Shown here one piece after another: positions 9,116-18,323 of a stretch of 64,000 nucleotides of DNA. This stretch comes from an uncultured Gammaproteobacteria bacterium (lineage in GTDB: Bacteria > Patescibacteriota > Microgenomatia > Levybacterales > UBA12049): assembly GCA_964497535.1 (NCBI GenBank), contig CAZCCG010000001.1:2688-66687 (forward strand). Reading direction: 5' to 3'. The notes beneath the pieces were generated by a model. The model was not told where the DNA came from and made no database searches. It saw only the letters and a list, made by a program, of their open reading frames with translations. Position 1 is the stretch's first letter. The number at the start of each line of letters is the position of its first letter. A program made the position numbers and the translations under genes.

Positions 9116-9649
9116 GTGGCTCTGCCTACCTCACATCAACACTATACGCATCTGTTTTCTGCGCCTTTTATAATTGGCAGTCTGGTTATTGCATTTCTCT
9201 ATGGCCTGCTCTCCCTCTATCTGGTCAATTATCGCCTGGTCATCGAAGAACTTGGTACCAATGCCCCTCTATGGAATAAACTACAGCTTCTGGGCAGCCT
9301 TATTCAAGGCCTGACTACTGCCTATACCAGTATCGATGTCGTGCTGCTTCTTCTGACTTCTCTATTGGTAGGAGTCAATGTCATGCTGATTATTACTGTT
9401 GTTCGCAATCTCAAAAATACGGGAGGTATTACCCTATCGGTTGGAGGAGGAAGCGTGGCAGGACTCGTCTCGACCGGTTGCGGCGCCTGCGGTTTAACGT
9501 TTCTCTCAGTAATTGGATTAACCTCTGCAACCGCCGTTCTTCCGTTCCACGGGAAAGAACTACAACTGGGAGGAGTGACTTTGCTCATTTTTTCCCTTAT
9601 TTATATGGGGAGAAAACTTACTCTCTCACGTATCTGCAAGACAAAATAA
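9116..9649 (+). CDS. polytopic membrane protein with TM-embedded CGAC (CxxC) motif; possible redox partner of DsbA (VKOR/DsbB-analog-like)
   Basis: GTG start abuts the dsbA stop. Four to five TM helices and GCGACGLTF. Confidence 0.45.
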   Translation: MALPTSHQHYTHLFSAPFIIGSLVIAFLYGLLSLYLVNYRLVIEELGTNAPLWNKLQLLGSLIQGLTTAYTSIDVVLLLLTSLLVGVNVMLIITVVRNLKNTGGITLSVGGGSVAGLVSTGCGACGLTFLSVIGLTSATAVLPFHGKELQLGGVTLLIFSLIYMGRKLTLSRICKTK

Positions 9650-9668
9650 AAAGGTACACAAAGAAAAG

Positions 9669-10394
9669 TTAGGTAAAGCGGGTTACGAGGAATATAAATG
9701 CAACTCCCAACACAGTTAACCCAATCATGGAGAAACTGCTATGTTTGCTATGCGCTTCTGGGAGCAAATCTGAGGCCCCAATATAGAGCAAAAAGCCGGC
9801 AAAAAACCCTAAGTAAAGCTGCAATACTGATGTGGGAATAACGAAAAGAAAGGTTGATAATGCCCCCAAAATTGGAGCTGCAGCATCCAAAATAAGAAGA
9901 AACAATGATTTTCTGATAGTATTTTTATGAGTCAACATAAGCGTTACCGTATTGAGTCCATCTGAAAAATCATGAGCGATAACAGCAATAGCAATCAAAA
10001 AACCTACATGAGGATTAATATGAAACCCAAGCCCTATCCCTACTCCATCCAAAAAGCTATGAAATGAAAGTCCTGAAGCACTAATAACACCAACGGTAGG
10101 ATGTTTATGTTCTTCATATTCCGTTTCATGATGAGAATGAATCAGGGCAAACTTTTCCAGCGTATGAATCACCAGAAATCCTACCACCAATGCGATCAAT
10201 CCATTTGTGATGTCTAAATTATGCTCTTGAGTTATTGCAAAAAGTTCAGGAACAATATCAAAAAAACAAACAGCCAAAAGGACACCTGCAGTAAAGCTCA
10301 TGATATAGTGAAGACGATTTTTATTTTTAATTGCAAAAAAACCTCCCAGCAAAGTTGATAAAAAAGCTCCAAATGATAACAAAATTACATTCAT
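9669..10394 (-). CDS. zupT: ZIP-family zinc transporter
   Basis: HSHHETEYEEHKH His-rich loop and HSFLDGVGIG ZIP signature. Confidence 0.85.
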   Translation of the reverse strand: MNVILLSFGAFLSTLLGGFFAIKNKNRLHYIMSFTAGVLLAVCFFDIVPELFAITQEHNLDITNGLIALVVGFLVIHTLEKFALIHSHHETEYEEHKHPTVGVISASGLSFHSFLDGVGIGLGFHINPHVGFLIAIAVIAHDFSDGLNTVTLMLTHKNTIRKSLFLLILDAAAPILGALSTFLFVIPTSVLQLYLGFFAGFLLYIGASDLLPEAHSKHSSFSMIGLTVLGVAFIFLVTRFT

Positions 10395-10396
10395 AT

Positions 10397-10828
10397 TTAT
10401 TTCTGACAGTTACTACAAAGACCGAAAAACTCAAGAGCATGGCTTTTGACTTTAAATTGCTTTTTCTTCTCAATATCTTTTTCCAAATCACTGATATTGC
10501 AATCAGAAATATCTTCAATCGAGCCGCAATTCTCACAAATTAAGTGATGGTGCTCTCCTTTTGAAACCAGCTCATACCGGAATTTTCCTTCATGAAACTG
10601 TAATTGTTTGGTCAACCCTTTTTTGGTAAAGGCATTGATAATACGAAATACGGTTGCCTGATCAGCCTCCATATCATGAGCTTTGAGGTAATCAATAATT
10701 GAAGATACATCAATCGGTTTATCTGTTTGTTCCAAAAGCTGCAAAATAGCAACACGTGCTGGAGTAGCTTTAAGCTCTGCTTCCCGCAGTTCATCTTTAC
10801 AATCATGTTTGATTCGTGCTTGTACCAT
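10397..10828 (-). CDS. zur: Fur-family metalloregulator, probably Zur
   Basis: ARVAILQLL..., HHH, CENCG...CSNC motifs. Co-transcribed upstream of the ZIP gene. Confidence 0.8.
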   Translation of the reverse strand: MVQARIKHDCKDELREAELKATPARVAILQLLEQTDKPIDVSSIIDYLKAHDMEADQATVFRIINAFTKKGLTKQLQFHEGKFRYELVSKGEHHHLICENCGSIEDISDCNISDLEKDIEKKKQFKVKSHALEFFGLCSNCQK

Positions 10829-10936
10829 ATAGTGTGATAACCTGGTGAGTTAAATCTTACAGAATCCTGCTATCTGCTTGAAAAGCAGGACTCTTTAAAA
10901 TAGAAACTTCAAGATCAAACAATGTTACTTTTGCAA

Positions 10937-10975
10937 GTAACTTGCATTAGTATATGCGATTGACTTGCATCTGTC
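10937..10975. promoter_or_regulatory. candidate Zur/Fur-type operator palindrome in the zur/yibE divergent region
   Basis: GTTACTT-ttgc-AAGTAAC palindrome (aatgttacttttgcaagtaacttgcat). Confidence 0.3.
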
Positions 10976-11052
10976 AATAGGTAAATTCCCCACATGATAC
11001 TTCTGATACCCCTGATACTCTTGATACCCTTCTTCGTGCTACAATATACCTC

Positions 11053-12162
11053 ATGAACAAGCTCTTTTTAGCATTTTTTGTGATGGTTACGACTCTATTC
11101 TTCCCTATTACGGCATGTGCGCAAGACAAAGCTCCTACGACCAGCAGTCACTATTACAAAGCAGAAGTCACGTGGATCGTATCGGAGGGAGAAAAAAAGG
11201 TTTTGGACAAGACAGTTCCCTACCAGACAGTCAAGGTAAAACTTCTGGATGGCCCCAACAAAAATAAAGAAGTAACGGTTGAGCAAGGAACTCAAACTAC
11301 TATGACCCGCGATCAACGAGTCAATGTAGGTGATACGGTCATTGTCATGCAGCTTGTAACCGACAATAAATCAAATTACTTTATTACCGATACCTACCGT
11401 CTTCCATCACTGATTATTCTGACACTCCTGTTCTTCGTTCTCGTTATCGTATTAAGCCGACTCAAGGGACTGGGATCAATTATTGGTCTTGTCGTGAGTA
11501 TCCTTATCATTAGTCAATTTATTGTTCCTGCTATTTTGGCCGGCCAAGACCCACTCCTCGTCAGCGCTCTGGGAGCAAGCGTTATTATTTGTATAACTAT
11601 TTATCTTGCTCACGGATTTTCACTCAAAACAACGCTTGCTTTGGCTTCTACGCTGATTACATTGGTCGTTGTGTGTATTCTATCAGTAGTATTTGTCAAT
11701 GTGGCGCATATTACGGGACTGGGTAATGACGATGCATATCTACTGCAATTTGGCCCAACCGGCAGCATCAATGTAAAGGGGCTGCTTCTGGGAGGCATTA
11801 TTATTGGTGCAATTGGCGTTTTGGATGATGTCACGACTGGTCTGACTGCGGCGCTATTTGAACTCAAGAGTGTCCATCCCGCTGCCAAACTGCATCATTA
11901 TCTTAAAAGTGGTATGAATATTGGCAACGAACACATCGCTTCCCTGGTAAATACGCTCGTCTTGGCATATGCAGGTGCATCGCTTCCCCTCTTTTTATTT
12001 TTAGTTATAAATCCATCCCATCAGCCGCTCTGGATGGTTATCAATAATGAATTTATTGCAGAAGAAATTGTACGAACATTAGCCGGAAGTTTCGGTCTGG
12101 TACTTGCGGTCCCTATTACTGTCCTCATCACCGCCTTTTATATATCCCGCTACGAACGCTAG
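11053..12162 (+). CDS. YibE/F-family membrane protein
   Basis: Signal peptide, a ~100-aa soluble N-domain typical of YibE/F, then a multi-TM region. Confidence 0.55.
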   Translation: MNKLFLAFFVMVTTLFFPITACAQDKAPTTSSHYYKAEVTWIVSEGEKKVLDKTVPYQTVKVKLLDGPNKNKEVTVEQGTQTTMTRDQRVNVGDTVIVMQLVTDNKSNYFITDTYRLPSLIILTLLFFVLVIVLSRLKGLGSIIGLVVSILIISQFIVPAILAGQDPLLVSALGASVIICITIYLAHGFSLKTTLALASTLITLVVVCILSVVFVNVAHITGLGNDDAYLLQFGPTGSINVKGLLLGGIIIGAIGVLDDVTTGLTAALFELKSVHPAAKLHHYLKSGMNIGNEHIASLVNTLVLAYAGASLPLFLFLVINPSHQPLWMVINNEFIAEEIVRTLAGSFGLVLAVPITVLITAFYISRYER

Positions 12163-12728
12163 GAGTGAGTAGTTTCCTGCTTTGTTTTTTGCCATTGTTT
12201 TTTCTTGAATCGTCTGACAAAGAAAATAATAAAGGTTATAGAAATAATCAAGATAGCACCACTATATATACCGGAAATCCATATACTTTGAGAAGAACCA
12301 GGAGTTTTTGCAGCTTGCTGATCAACATCAATATCATAGGTTAACGAAAATGGTTTGAAGGTTCCTGCAGTATAGGGCTTACCACTTACCTTGAGAGTAT
12401 ATTCTCCACGAGTAGGAAAAGTATAGACAACCGCCACACTGGTAAGGGTTGGACTATTTGTATTTTCGAACAAATCCTGAGAGTAGATTTCCTTTCCATT
12501 TTGGAAAATTGACAACGTACAATCACACTGTTCTGGTTTGAAACGATTTGTAGTATCTTTAAAATCTAAATAGAATGTACTTTTTGATCCAGCAATGGGA
12601 TCATCGTCAGGATCTACATGCATTACTGCCCCAATCGTCCCACCAGTTTTTAAAACATGGGCCTCAACAGGTCGAGGAAGTAGGAAACTTATTACTAGCA
12701 AAACTATAGCGTATTGTAATCTCCTCAT
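12159..12728 (-). CDS. secreted, C-terminally TM-anchored protein; hypothetical (possible metal-binding beta-sandwich)
   Basis: Signal peptide ending VEAH, C-terminal TM helix plus KKKQWQK. Confidence 0.45.
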   Translation of the reverse strand: MRRLQYAIVLLVISFLLPRPVEAHVLKTGGTIGAVMHVDPDDDPIAGSKSTFYLDFKDTTNRFKPEQCDCTLSIFQNGKEIYSQDLFENTNSPTLTSVAVVYTFPTRGEYTLKVSGKPYTAGTFKPFSLTYDIDVDQQAAKTPGSSQSIWISGIYSGAILIISITFIIFFVRRFKKKQWQKTKQETTHS

Positions 12729-12833
12729 AAAGCATCACTAGTAAATATTAAATAGCAAATATGAAATATATACACTCGGGAATAACTATTTTTTATATTT
12801 GATATGTATTTTTAATATTTAATCTTTACGATT

Positions 12834-13115
12834 TTATATCGTCGGTACTACATCAAATGACTCAAACTGCTGGTTCGGATTTTCTTCCCATTTCACCACG
12901 ACATTGCTTACTTTTGCCAGAGGTGGACCTTTCTTACAAATAGCAATAATTGTTCCCAAATCCTTTTTCTCACCTACAACTACAGCCTCAACTGATCCAT
13001 CTGTCCTATTGCGGATCCATCCCTTGAGACCAAGCTTGCGTGCTTTTCGTTTTATAAATTGCCGAAATCCAATCCCTTGTACAAAGCCGGTGATAATAAG
13101 ATGAACTTGTTTCAT
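12834..13115 (-). CDS. acyP: acylphosphatase
   Basis: VQGIGFR and GWIRNRTDGSVE signatures. Confidence 0.85.
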   Translation of the reverse strand: MKQVHLIITGFVQGIGFRQFIKRKARKLGLKGWIRNRTDGSVEAVVVGEKKDLGTIIAICKKGPPLAKVSNVVVKWEENPNQQFESFDVVPTI

Positions 13116-13116
13116 A

Positions 13117-13638
13117 CTAGAAGAAGCGTGCGCCTAACCCGGCAAGAATAATATCGCGGAAAAATCTTCCGGCAAACAGTAATATAAAAAATCGAAGCGG
13201 TGAATAGGAAGATACTCCCGCAATGATACCGACGACATCAAACAATGGGTTTGGAATAAATGCAAAAATCAAAATTACAATACCTCCATATTTTTCAAAA
13301 AGTACATGCAGTCGGGTATACCACTCATGTTTTTGCGCATTTACCAATACGCTGGTTCCTGATTTTCCCAACAGATACCCGATCATATCCCCTCCTGCTG
13401 CACCCAGGGCCGATACCAACGCCACCCATAAGATTGGATACACATGTCCCCCTGCTACAACGGTTGCAATTGCCGGAGCCGGTAAGAAAAGTGTTGCCGA
13501 ACCAATGAAATTTATTATAAATATTCCCAATAGTCCCCATGCCCTGAAATGCGCAAGATTTTGCTGAAAATAAAACGCGACAAATACAATCACCAGAGAA
13601 AGAACGAGCATGAGAATGTGAGACAATTTAATCTTCAT
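13117..13638 (-). CDS. DedA/VTT-domain membrane protein
   Basis: GSATLFLPAPA...GG...GDMIGYLLGK pattern. Confidence 0.7.
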   Translation of the reverse strand: MKIKLSHILMLVLSLVIVFVAFYFQQNLAHFRAWGLLGIFIINFIGSATLFLPAPAIATVVAGGHVYPILWVALVSALGAAGGDMIGYLLGKSGTSVLVNAQKHEWYTRLHVLFEKYGGIVILIFAFIPNPLFDVVGIIAGVSSYSPLRFFILLFAGRFFRDIILAGLGARFF

Positions 13639-13644
13639 AATAAT

Positions 13645-13775
13645 TCGGTTATCGGTTCTCAGTCTTCAGTTTTCGGATCCGAGTTTGCCAGTTTTCTGTT
13701 GATCAGTCAGAACCAATAGACTGAACCCCGATTAACCTACATCTGACAACAGATAACCGAGAACTGATAACTGGT
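13645..13775. repeat. MITE-like intergenic repeat family A, copy 1
   Basis: ttcggttatcggttctcagtcttcagttttc...gacaacagataaccgagaactgataactgg. Near-identical copies at 48585 and 56630. Confidence 0.8.
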
Positions 13776-13782
13776 TAGAGTT

Positions 13783-14055
13783 CTATTGAGTCTTTGTTGC
13801 ATTTTGCGCTTTAAGTTCCTTCAATTTCCACATAAACAGAGCTCCTTTTCGGTCTGCCTTACTATCCACACAAAACTGCAATGCCTTCTCAAGAATTGAC
13901 CGATGGGTTGTCTTTGCAAGCTTAATATAGAGACTTTTATGTTTATAGTCATCCAGTTGTTCAGCCAAATACATGCCGTATTTTTGGAATTCACGGGAAA
14001 TATATTTGTCCTGGACAGGGTTAAATGTATTGAGGATTGAAGACAGCTTTTGCAC
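13783..14055 (-). CDS. hypothetical small protein
   Basis: 90-aa ORF co-oriented with and immediately downstream of the 14064-14831 gene. Confidence 0.4.
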   Translation of the reverse strand: MQKLSSILNTFNPVQDKYISREFQKYGMYLAEQLDDYKHKSLYIKLAKTTHRSILEKALQFCVDSKADRKGALFMWKLKELKAQNATKTQ

Positions 14056-14063
14056 GAGTTTTA

Positions 14064-14831
14064 TTATACACTACTACCCCGTGGTGCTTTTAAATGAATC
14101 GTAGTGCGGGTTCCCACAATAGGACTTTTTTTTTGCGGCGGTAGTCCAAACTTCATAGAGAATTTTCCATTGATATCATAAGACACAATAGCACCTACAT
14201 CGTATGCTGGCTGCTGCTCTCTTCTAATATGAATTCTACATCCTCCTCCTGTACCTTCCCCCTTTACCATATCCGGATACCTGCCTGTTAAGTCACACAA
14301 CGCTTCGGCCGCAACAATATAATGCCCAAACCCCATAATCTGCCGGGGAGATCTCTGTAACCGGCTGGTAATTTGTGGTTCCGAAACATCCAGGTAAGGA
14401 GTAGACACGCTTGCTTGAGTTAAATACCATCCTGATTCCATATCTGGAGGATCTTGCGCCCTAAAAAAAGGTTGTCTCTTGATATACCCAAATATATCTT
14501 GCAGTTTCTCATGGTCCAAATCCTCCGGTATATAAATCATACGATACAGATGCCGCATTCGTCCTTCCAGCAGCTGTTGAGTTACCGGATCTGGATAGAC
14601 AACAGGAGCTACCGTAGGGATCCATCCGATCCTGCTTCCCCATTTATTCCATGTAGCGCTCCACCATGCATGAGTCACTTCAGGACTTACAATGCCATTT
14701 CTATATTCGGAGGCTAAATTGGAAACAAAAGTTTCGGGAGGATCTTGTGCAGATTCTTCTTGATGAGGATAGTTTCTATTGATACCATTGATGCCAGGGT
14801 AATTCCCCGGCGCATGTGCTTCGGGTCCCAT
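14064..14831 (-). CDS. hypothetical protein, higher-GC block
   Basis: 255-aa ORF with balanced composition, W/P/Y-rich. No motif recognised. Confidence 0.5.
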   Translation of the reverse strand: MGPEAHAPGNYPGINGINRNYPHQEESAQDPPETFVSNLASEYRNGIVSPEVTHAWWSATWNKWGSRIGWIPTVAPVVYPDPVTQQLLEGRMRHLYRMIYIPEDLDHEKLQDIFGYIKRQPFFRAQDPPDMESGWYLTQASVSTPYLDVSEPQITSRLQRSPRQIMGFGHYIVAAEALCDLTGRYPDMVKGEGTGGGCRIHIRREQQPAYDVGAIVSYDINGKFSMKFGLPPQKKSPIVGTRTTIHLKAPRGSSV

Positions 14832-14908
14832 AGCCTATCTTGTGTGGTTATACCACTCAACCAGGTAAATGTCAAAGCTACAAGCAGTAAATTTTGAAAG
14901 GCAAGATA

Positions 14909-15526
14909 TTATTTTGTATTGTAGCGGTTCATTGCAGCTTCAAGCCCTTGTTCCAATGCCATTGTAATAGCGTCTGCTCCCCGTTTTACCAATTCTTTTG
15001 CACGCTTACTATCTCCACCGGTAAATTTTCCCAAAACATAATCCCGGGCATCATGAATAATGTGTTTACTCATCTCGTCATGATTGTGCGAGATACCAAT
15101 TCCCATACGGAACCGCCAGAATTTGTCGGTTTTGAGTACTGTAAGAATTGACTCTACTCCCTTTTGCCCGGCAGAAGAACCTCCGAGCCTGATTTTCATG
15201 CTGCCCAATGGTAAATCTAACTCGTCTTGGATGATCCATATATCGTCCGGTTTTACTTTGTAGAAATGAGCCAAAAGACCTACTGCCATACCTGAATTAT
15301 TCATATGAGTCTTGGGCTTTGCGAGAATCACTTTTTCAAGTTTTCCATTTTTTGGTTGCCAATTGATTTCTGCTATATCGCTTTTGAACTTTGGGTCATC
15401 AGTCCATACTGTCTGCTCGACCGGTTCGAAGTCTTTGAAGAATTGCTCAACCACCATAAATCCCATATTATGGCGCGTTTTTTCATATTGTATGCCAGGA
15501 TTACCCAATCCAATAATTAATTTCAT
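14909..15526 (-). CDS. pth: peptidyl-tRNA hydrolase
   Basis: MKLIIGLGNPGIQYEKTRHNMGF, the Pth N-terminal signature. Confidence 0.9.
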   Translation of the reverse strand: MKLIIGLGNPGIQYEKTRHNMGFMVVEQFFKDFEPVEQTVWTDDPKFKSDIAEINWQPKNGKLEKVILAKPKTHMNNSGMAVGLLAHFYKVKPDDIWIIQDELDLPLGSMKIRLGGSSAGQKGVESILTVLKTDKFWRFRMGIGISHNHDEMSKHIIHDARDYVLGKFTGGDSKRAKELVKRGADAITMALEQGLEAAMNRYNTK

Positions 15527-15637
15527 TACCTCTATTCTACTCCGTTTTGTTAAAAAGTCTATGCCTTAAATCACAAAAAAGAACAGCATCAGAATTGTAA
15601 CATCCTTAAACTGTTCTTTTTATAAATAATTTCAGAA

Positions 15638-16138
15638 TTATTTATAGTAGGATTTAATTTGGAACAAGAGGTAGAACTCTACCGCTATCCAAAAGATATT
15701 CCATACTAAGCTCGCAATAGGCATGCCTCCATTTACCAGGGAAGATACTGCTGCAACTATTACATATACAACATTGAGTAATGTTACATATGTCAATAAT
15801 TTCCAACCGGACATTTTCTTATCTTTTGTTTTGGAAAAAGCCAATACTAACAGTATTCCTTCAAGAAGTGACAACAATGCCAGTACTACGAGAAAAACTG
15901 CAGTTGATACTCCTCCACCGACTGCAACTACTGGACTTGCCACAATGCTAAATAACGTTGCCAATCCTCCAAAGACAACTGAGAGTACTCCACCAATAAG
16001 AGCAAGCCATGGGGTTATGGTAACCAAAAATTCTCGTCCACCCTTTGGAAGTGGTGGAAGTGATTTATAGGTACTTTCCAGTGATACTACCCACGCGTCT
16101 GCTTGTTTGAATTCAATTGTTTTTTCTGTCATTTTCAC
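15638..16138 (-). CDS. membrane protein, hypothetical
   Basis: 166 aa with four TM helices. Confidence 0.5.
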   Translation of the reverse strand: MKMTEKTIEFKQADAWVVSLESTYKSLPPLPKGGREFLVTITPWLALIGGVLSVVFGGLATLFSIVASPVVAVGGGVSTAVFLVVLALLSLLEGILLVLAFSKTKDKKMSGWKLLTYVTLLNVVYVIVAAVSSLVNGGMPIASLVWNIFWIAVEFYLLFQIKSYYK

Positions 16139-16231
16139 TCACCTCCATTCTTGATAATCTGCCTCTAGCATCTATCATATTCACTGTACCGAAAACCAGA
16201 TGAGAAGGCAAGCCCCATTTATACGCTTATG

Positions 16232-16385
16232 GACTACAGTCTACGGTCTACAGCCAATCATGAATTAAGAATAAAGAATTATCCTTCGGCTGTGCTCAGG
16301 ACAAGTGAATCAAGGCGATACCATAACTCATAATTCATACTTCATAATTCCCAACTGTTAATTCTGAGAGGTAGTCAGTAGACTT
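16232..16385. repeat. MITE-like intergenic repeat family B, copy 1
   Basis: ...ccttcggctgtgctcaggacaagtgaatcaagg...cataactcataattcatacttcataattcccaactgttaattc, with inverted ctacagtctac / gtagac termini. Confidence 0.8.
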
Positions 16386-16388
16386 CGT

Positions 16389-17747
16389 TCAAAACAGGCC
16401 TTTCTGCTCTATTGCCATTTCCTGTTTTTGAGGTTCTTTACTCCAGATCTCTACCTTGCCATATTCCCCATCATATCCGGGGTCAATTGAGATATCTCCA
16501 TGGCGGACTTTTGCTATTCCCTCTGCTACTTTTTCCCCCCCTATTTTTTGGATTTCTGTAATATCCGATTTCAAAAGAATCTCAAGCTCTGAACCAAATG
16601 CGTTAACCAATGTATCATAGAGTCCTATTGTTTTTTGGGAAAATACAGTTGAATGCTGGCTTTCTGCCACAATTTCAAGCAACGGAACTAATTTTACATA
16701 AGGAGGTTGATGACGAGTTGAGTCCGTATACCATTTCAACCCACCCTGATTATATTTTTCCTCAAGGGTTGTAGTAGGATAAGAATCAGCAAGCTGCTGG
16801 ACCCGATATAAAACTCCTTCTGTCAAGACTTTCCCACAAACAGGACATTTATTCCCTTTTTCCTGCAGCTGTTTGGGATCTCTGACCACTTTGCAGTTGC
16901 GATGACCTGAAAAATGATATTTGCCCTCTTCCGGATAAAACTCGATTGTATAAATAACCTTGTTTTTGCCTTTTCGCATAATGGCACTTTTGAGCATTTC
17001 AAATGAAAGTTCTTCCAAATCCATAACCGTCGCTTCCCGGCCCATCTTTGCAGGACTATGTGCATCCGAAAATGAGAGAATAGACCGGTCTTTCAATTCA
17101 TCAATTGCCCAATTCATCTCAGGGTCGCTTGAAAGTCCTGTTTCAATACCATAAATATATTTCGCATAGTCCCCAAATGCTTCTTCCAGGCTGTCATATC
17201 CGCTTGCTGATCCATATATACCAAAATGCGGCGTCCAGATGTGGCATGGGATGAGAAAACTTCTCTCATCAATTTCCAGAATCAACTCCAACAGTTCTCT
17301 CGATTTCAATCCAATAATAGGTCTCCCATCAGCACTCAAATTACAACCGCGTTTTAAAAGTGCCTCATTGATCTTCTCTGCTGTCTCAAGGTTAGGAGAA
17401 AACACAAGGTTATGAATACGTCTTAGTTTGTCCTTATCTTTACAAATACTCGATATTTCCGTAGAAAGAAGAAAATATGGTTCTTTCCCTTGAGTATTTA
17501 TTTGATCTTTACTATTTGATGTTTGATTTTTTAGTCTATAAACCCCCTCATGTACCTCTTCCAGTTGTGACTTGATCTCTTTAAACCATACCGGATGGGT
17601 AAAATCAGAAGCAGTCAAAATATCCAGACCTTTTCTCCGCCCATACAAAGCCATCGTAGGCAATATCATATTCTGGCTTACCGCTCGGGAGAATCGTGAG
17701 TGTAAATGCAGATCGGTTACGTAATTCATCTGGCCATATTGTAGCAA
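16389..17747 (-). CDS. PHP-domain metal-dependent phosphoesterase with C-terminal zinc finger; Endonuclease Q-like
   Basis: DLHLHSRFS PHP HxH motif at the N-terminus. Cys cluster HRNC...KCPVCGK near the C-terminus. Confidence 0.5.
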   Translation of the reverse strand: MLQYGQMNYVTDLHLHSRFSRAVSQNMILPTMALYGRRKGLDILTASDFTHPVWFKEIKSQLEEVHEGVYRLKNQTSNSKDQINTQGKEPYFLLSTEISSICKDKDKLRRIHNLVFSPNLETAEKINEALLKRGCNLSADGRPIIGLKSRELLELILEIDERSFLIPCHIWTPHFGIYGSASGYDSLEEAFGDYAKYIYGIETGLSSDPEMNWAIDELKDRSILSFSDAHSPAKMGREATVMDLEELSFEMLKSAIMRKGKNKVIYTIEFYPEEGKYHFSGHRNCKVVRDPKQLQEKGNKCPVCGKVLTEGVLYRVQQLADSYPTTTLEEKYNQGGLKWYTDSTRHQPPYVKLVPLLEIVAESQHSTVFSQKTIGLYDTLVNAFGSELEILLKSDITEIQKIGGEKVAEGIAKVRHGDISIDPGYDGEYGKVEIWSKEPQKQEMAIEQKGLF

Positions 17748-17858
17748 AAAATTTCCCAGCTAGACACACCCGGTGTGTGGTAGGTAGACACATCAGGAAC
17801 TCTGGCTATTTCTCGTTATTGACAAATAGATTAGTTTGGGTCTACGCTAAAGCTTGTC

Positions 17859-18323
17859 ATGGGAATATCTTCTGCCGAAGCACTCTCACGGATCCATCGA
17901 CCAAATGTACATATCCCAAACCCATTGGCTTCTCTAGGGACAGGCATTGAGACACTCGCCAGGAAACTGGAACCTCCACCGCTAACAGCTGAAGAACGAG
18001 CAGAAGAAGAAATTCACAAAGCATGGGATGAATCTGCACACGACCCGCTGGTTCAACAAGCAGTGGATGTACTCAAAGGACACGCGCCGGGAACGCATAC
18101 AACGCTCCCCCATGGAACAGTATATGCAATGCGAATGGTTGAATTTCGAGATGAACAATATGAATTACAAACCAGAGTAGAATTAGGACCAGAAAACGAA
18201 AAACCTTTTGCCGAAGATCATCCGGCCAGACATTCCGAAACACCGGCATCAGAACACCCTGCTCCTCTTCCAAAACCATGGCTCCCCGTCCAATATGGAT
18301 ATGTGGGAACGCCATTTGATTGA
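17859..18323 (+). CDS. hypothetical protein; high-GC ORF overlapping the start of the downstream glycosidase gene (possible frameshifted N-terminal part)
   Basis: 154-aa ORF in a different frame from the 18208 ORF, with ~115 bp of dual coding. Confidence 0.3.
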   Translation: MGISSAEALSRIHRPNVHIPNPLASLGTGIETLARKLEPPPLTAEERAEEEIHKAWDESAHDPLVQQAVDVLKGHAPGTHTTLPHGTVYAMRMVEFRDEQYELQTRVELGPENEKPFAEDHPARHSETPASEHPAPLPKPWLPVQYGYVGTPFD

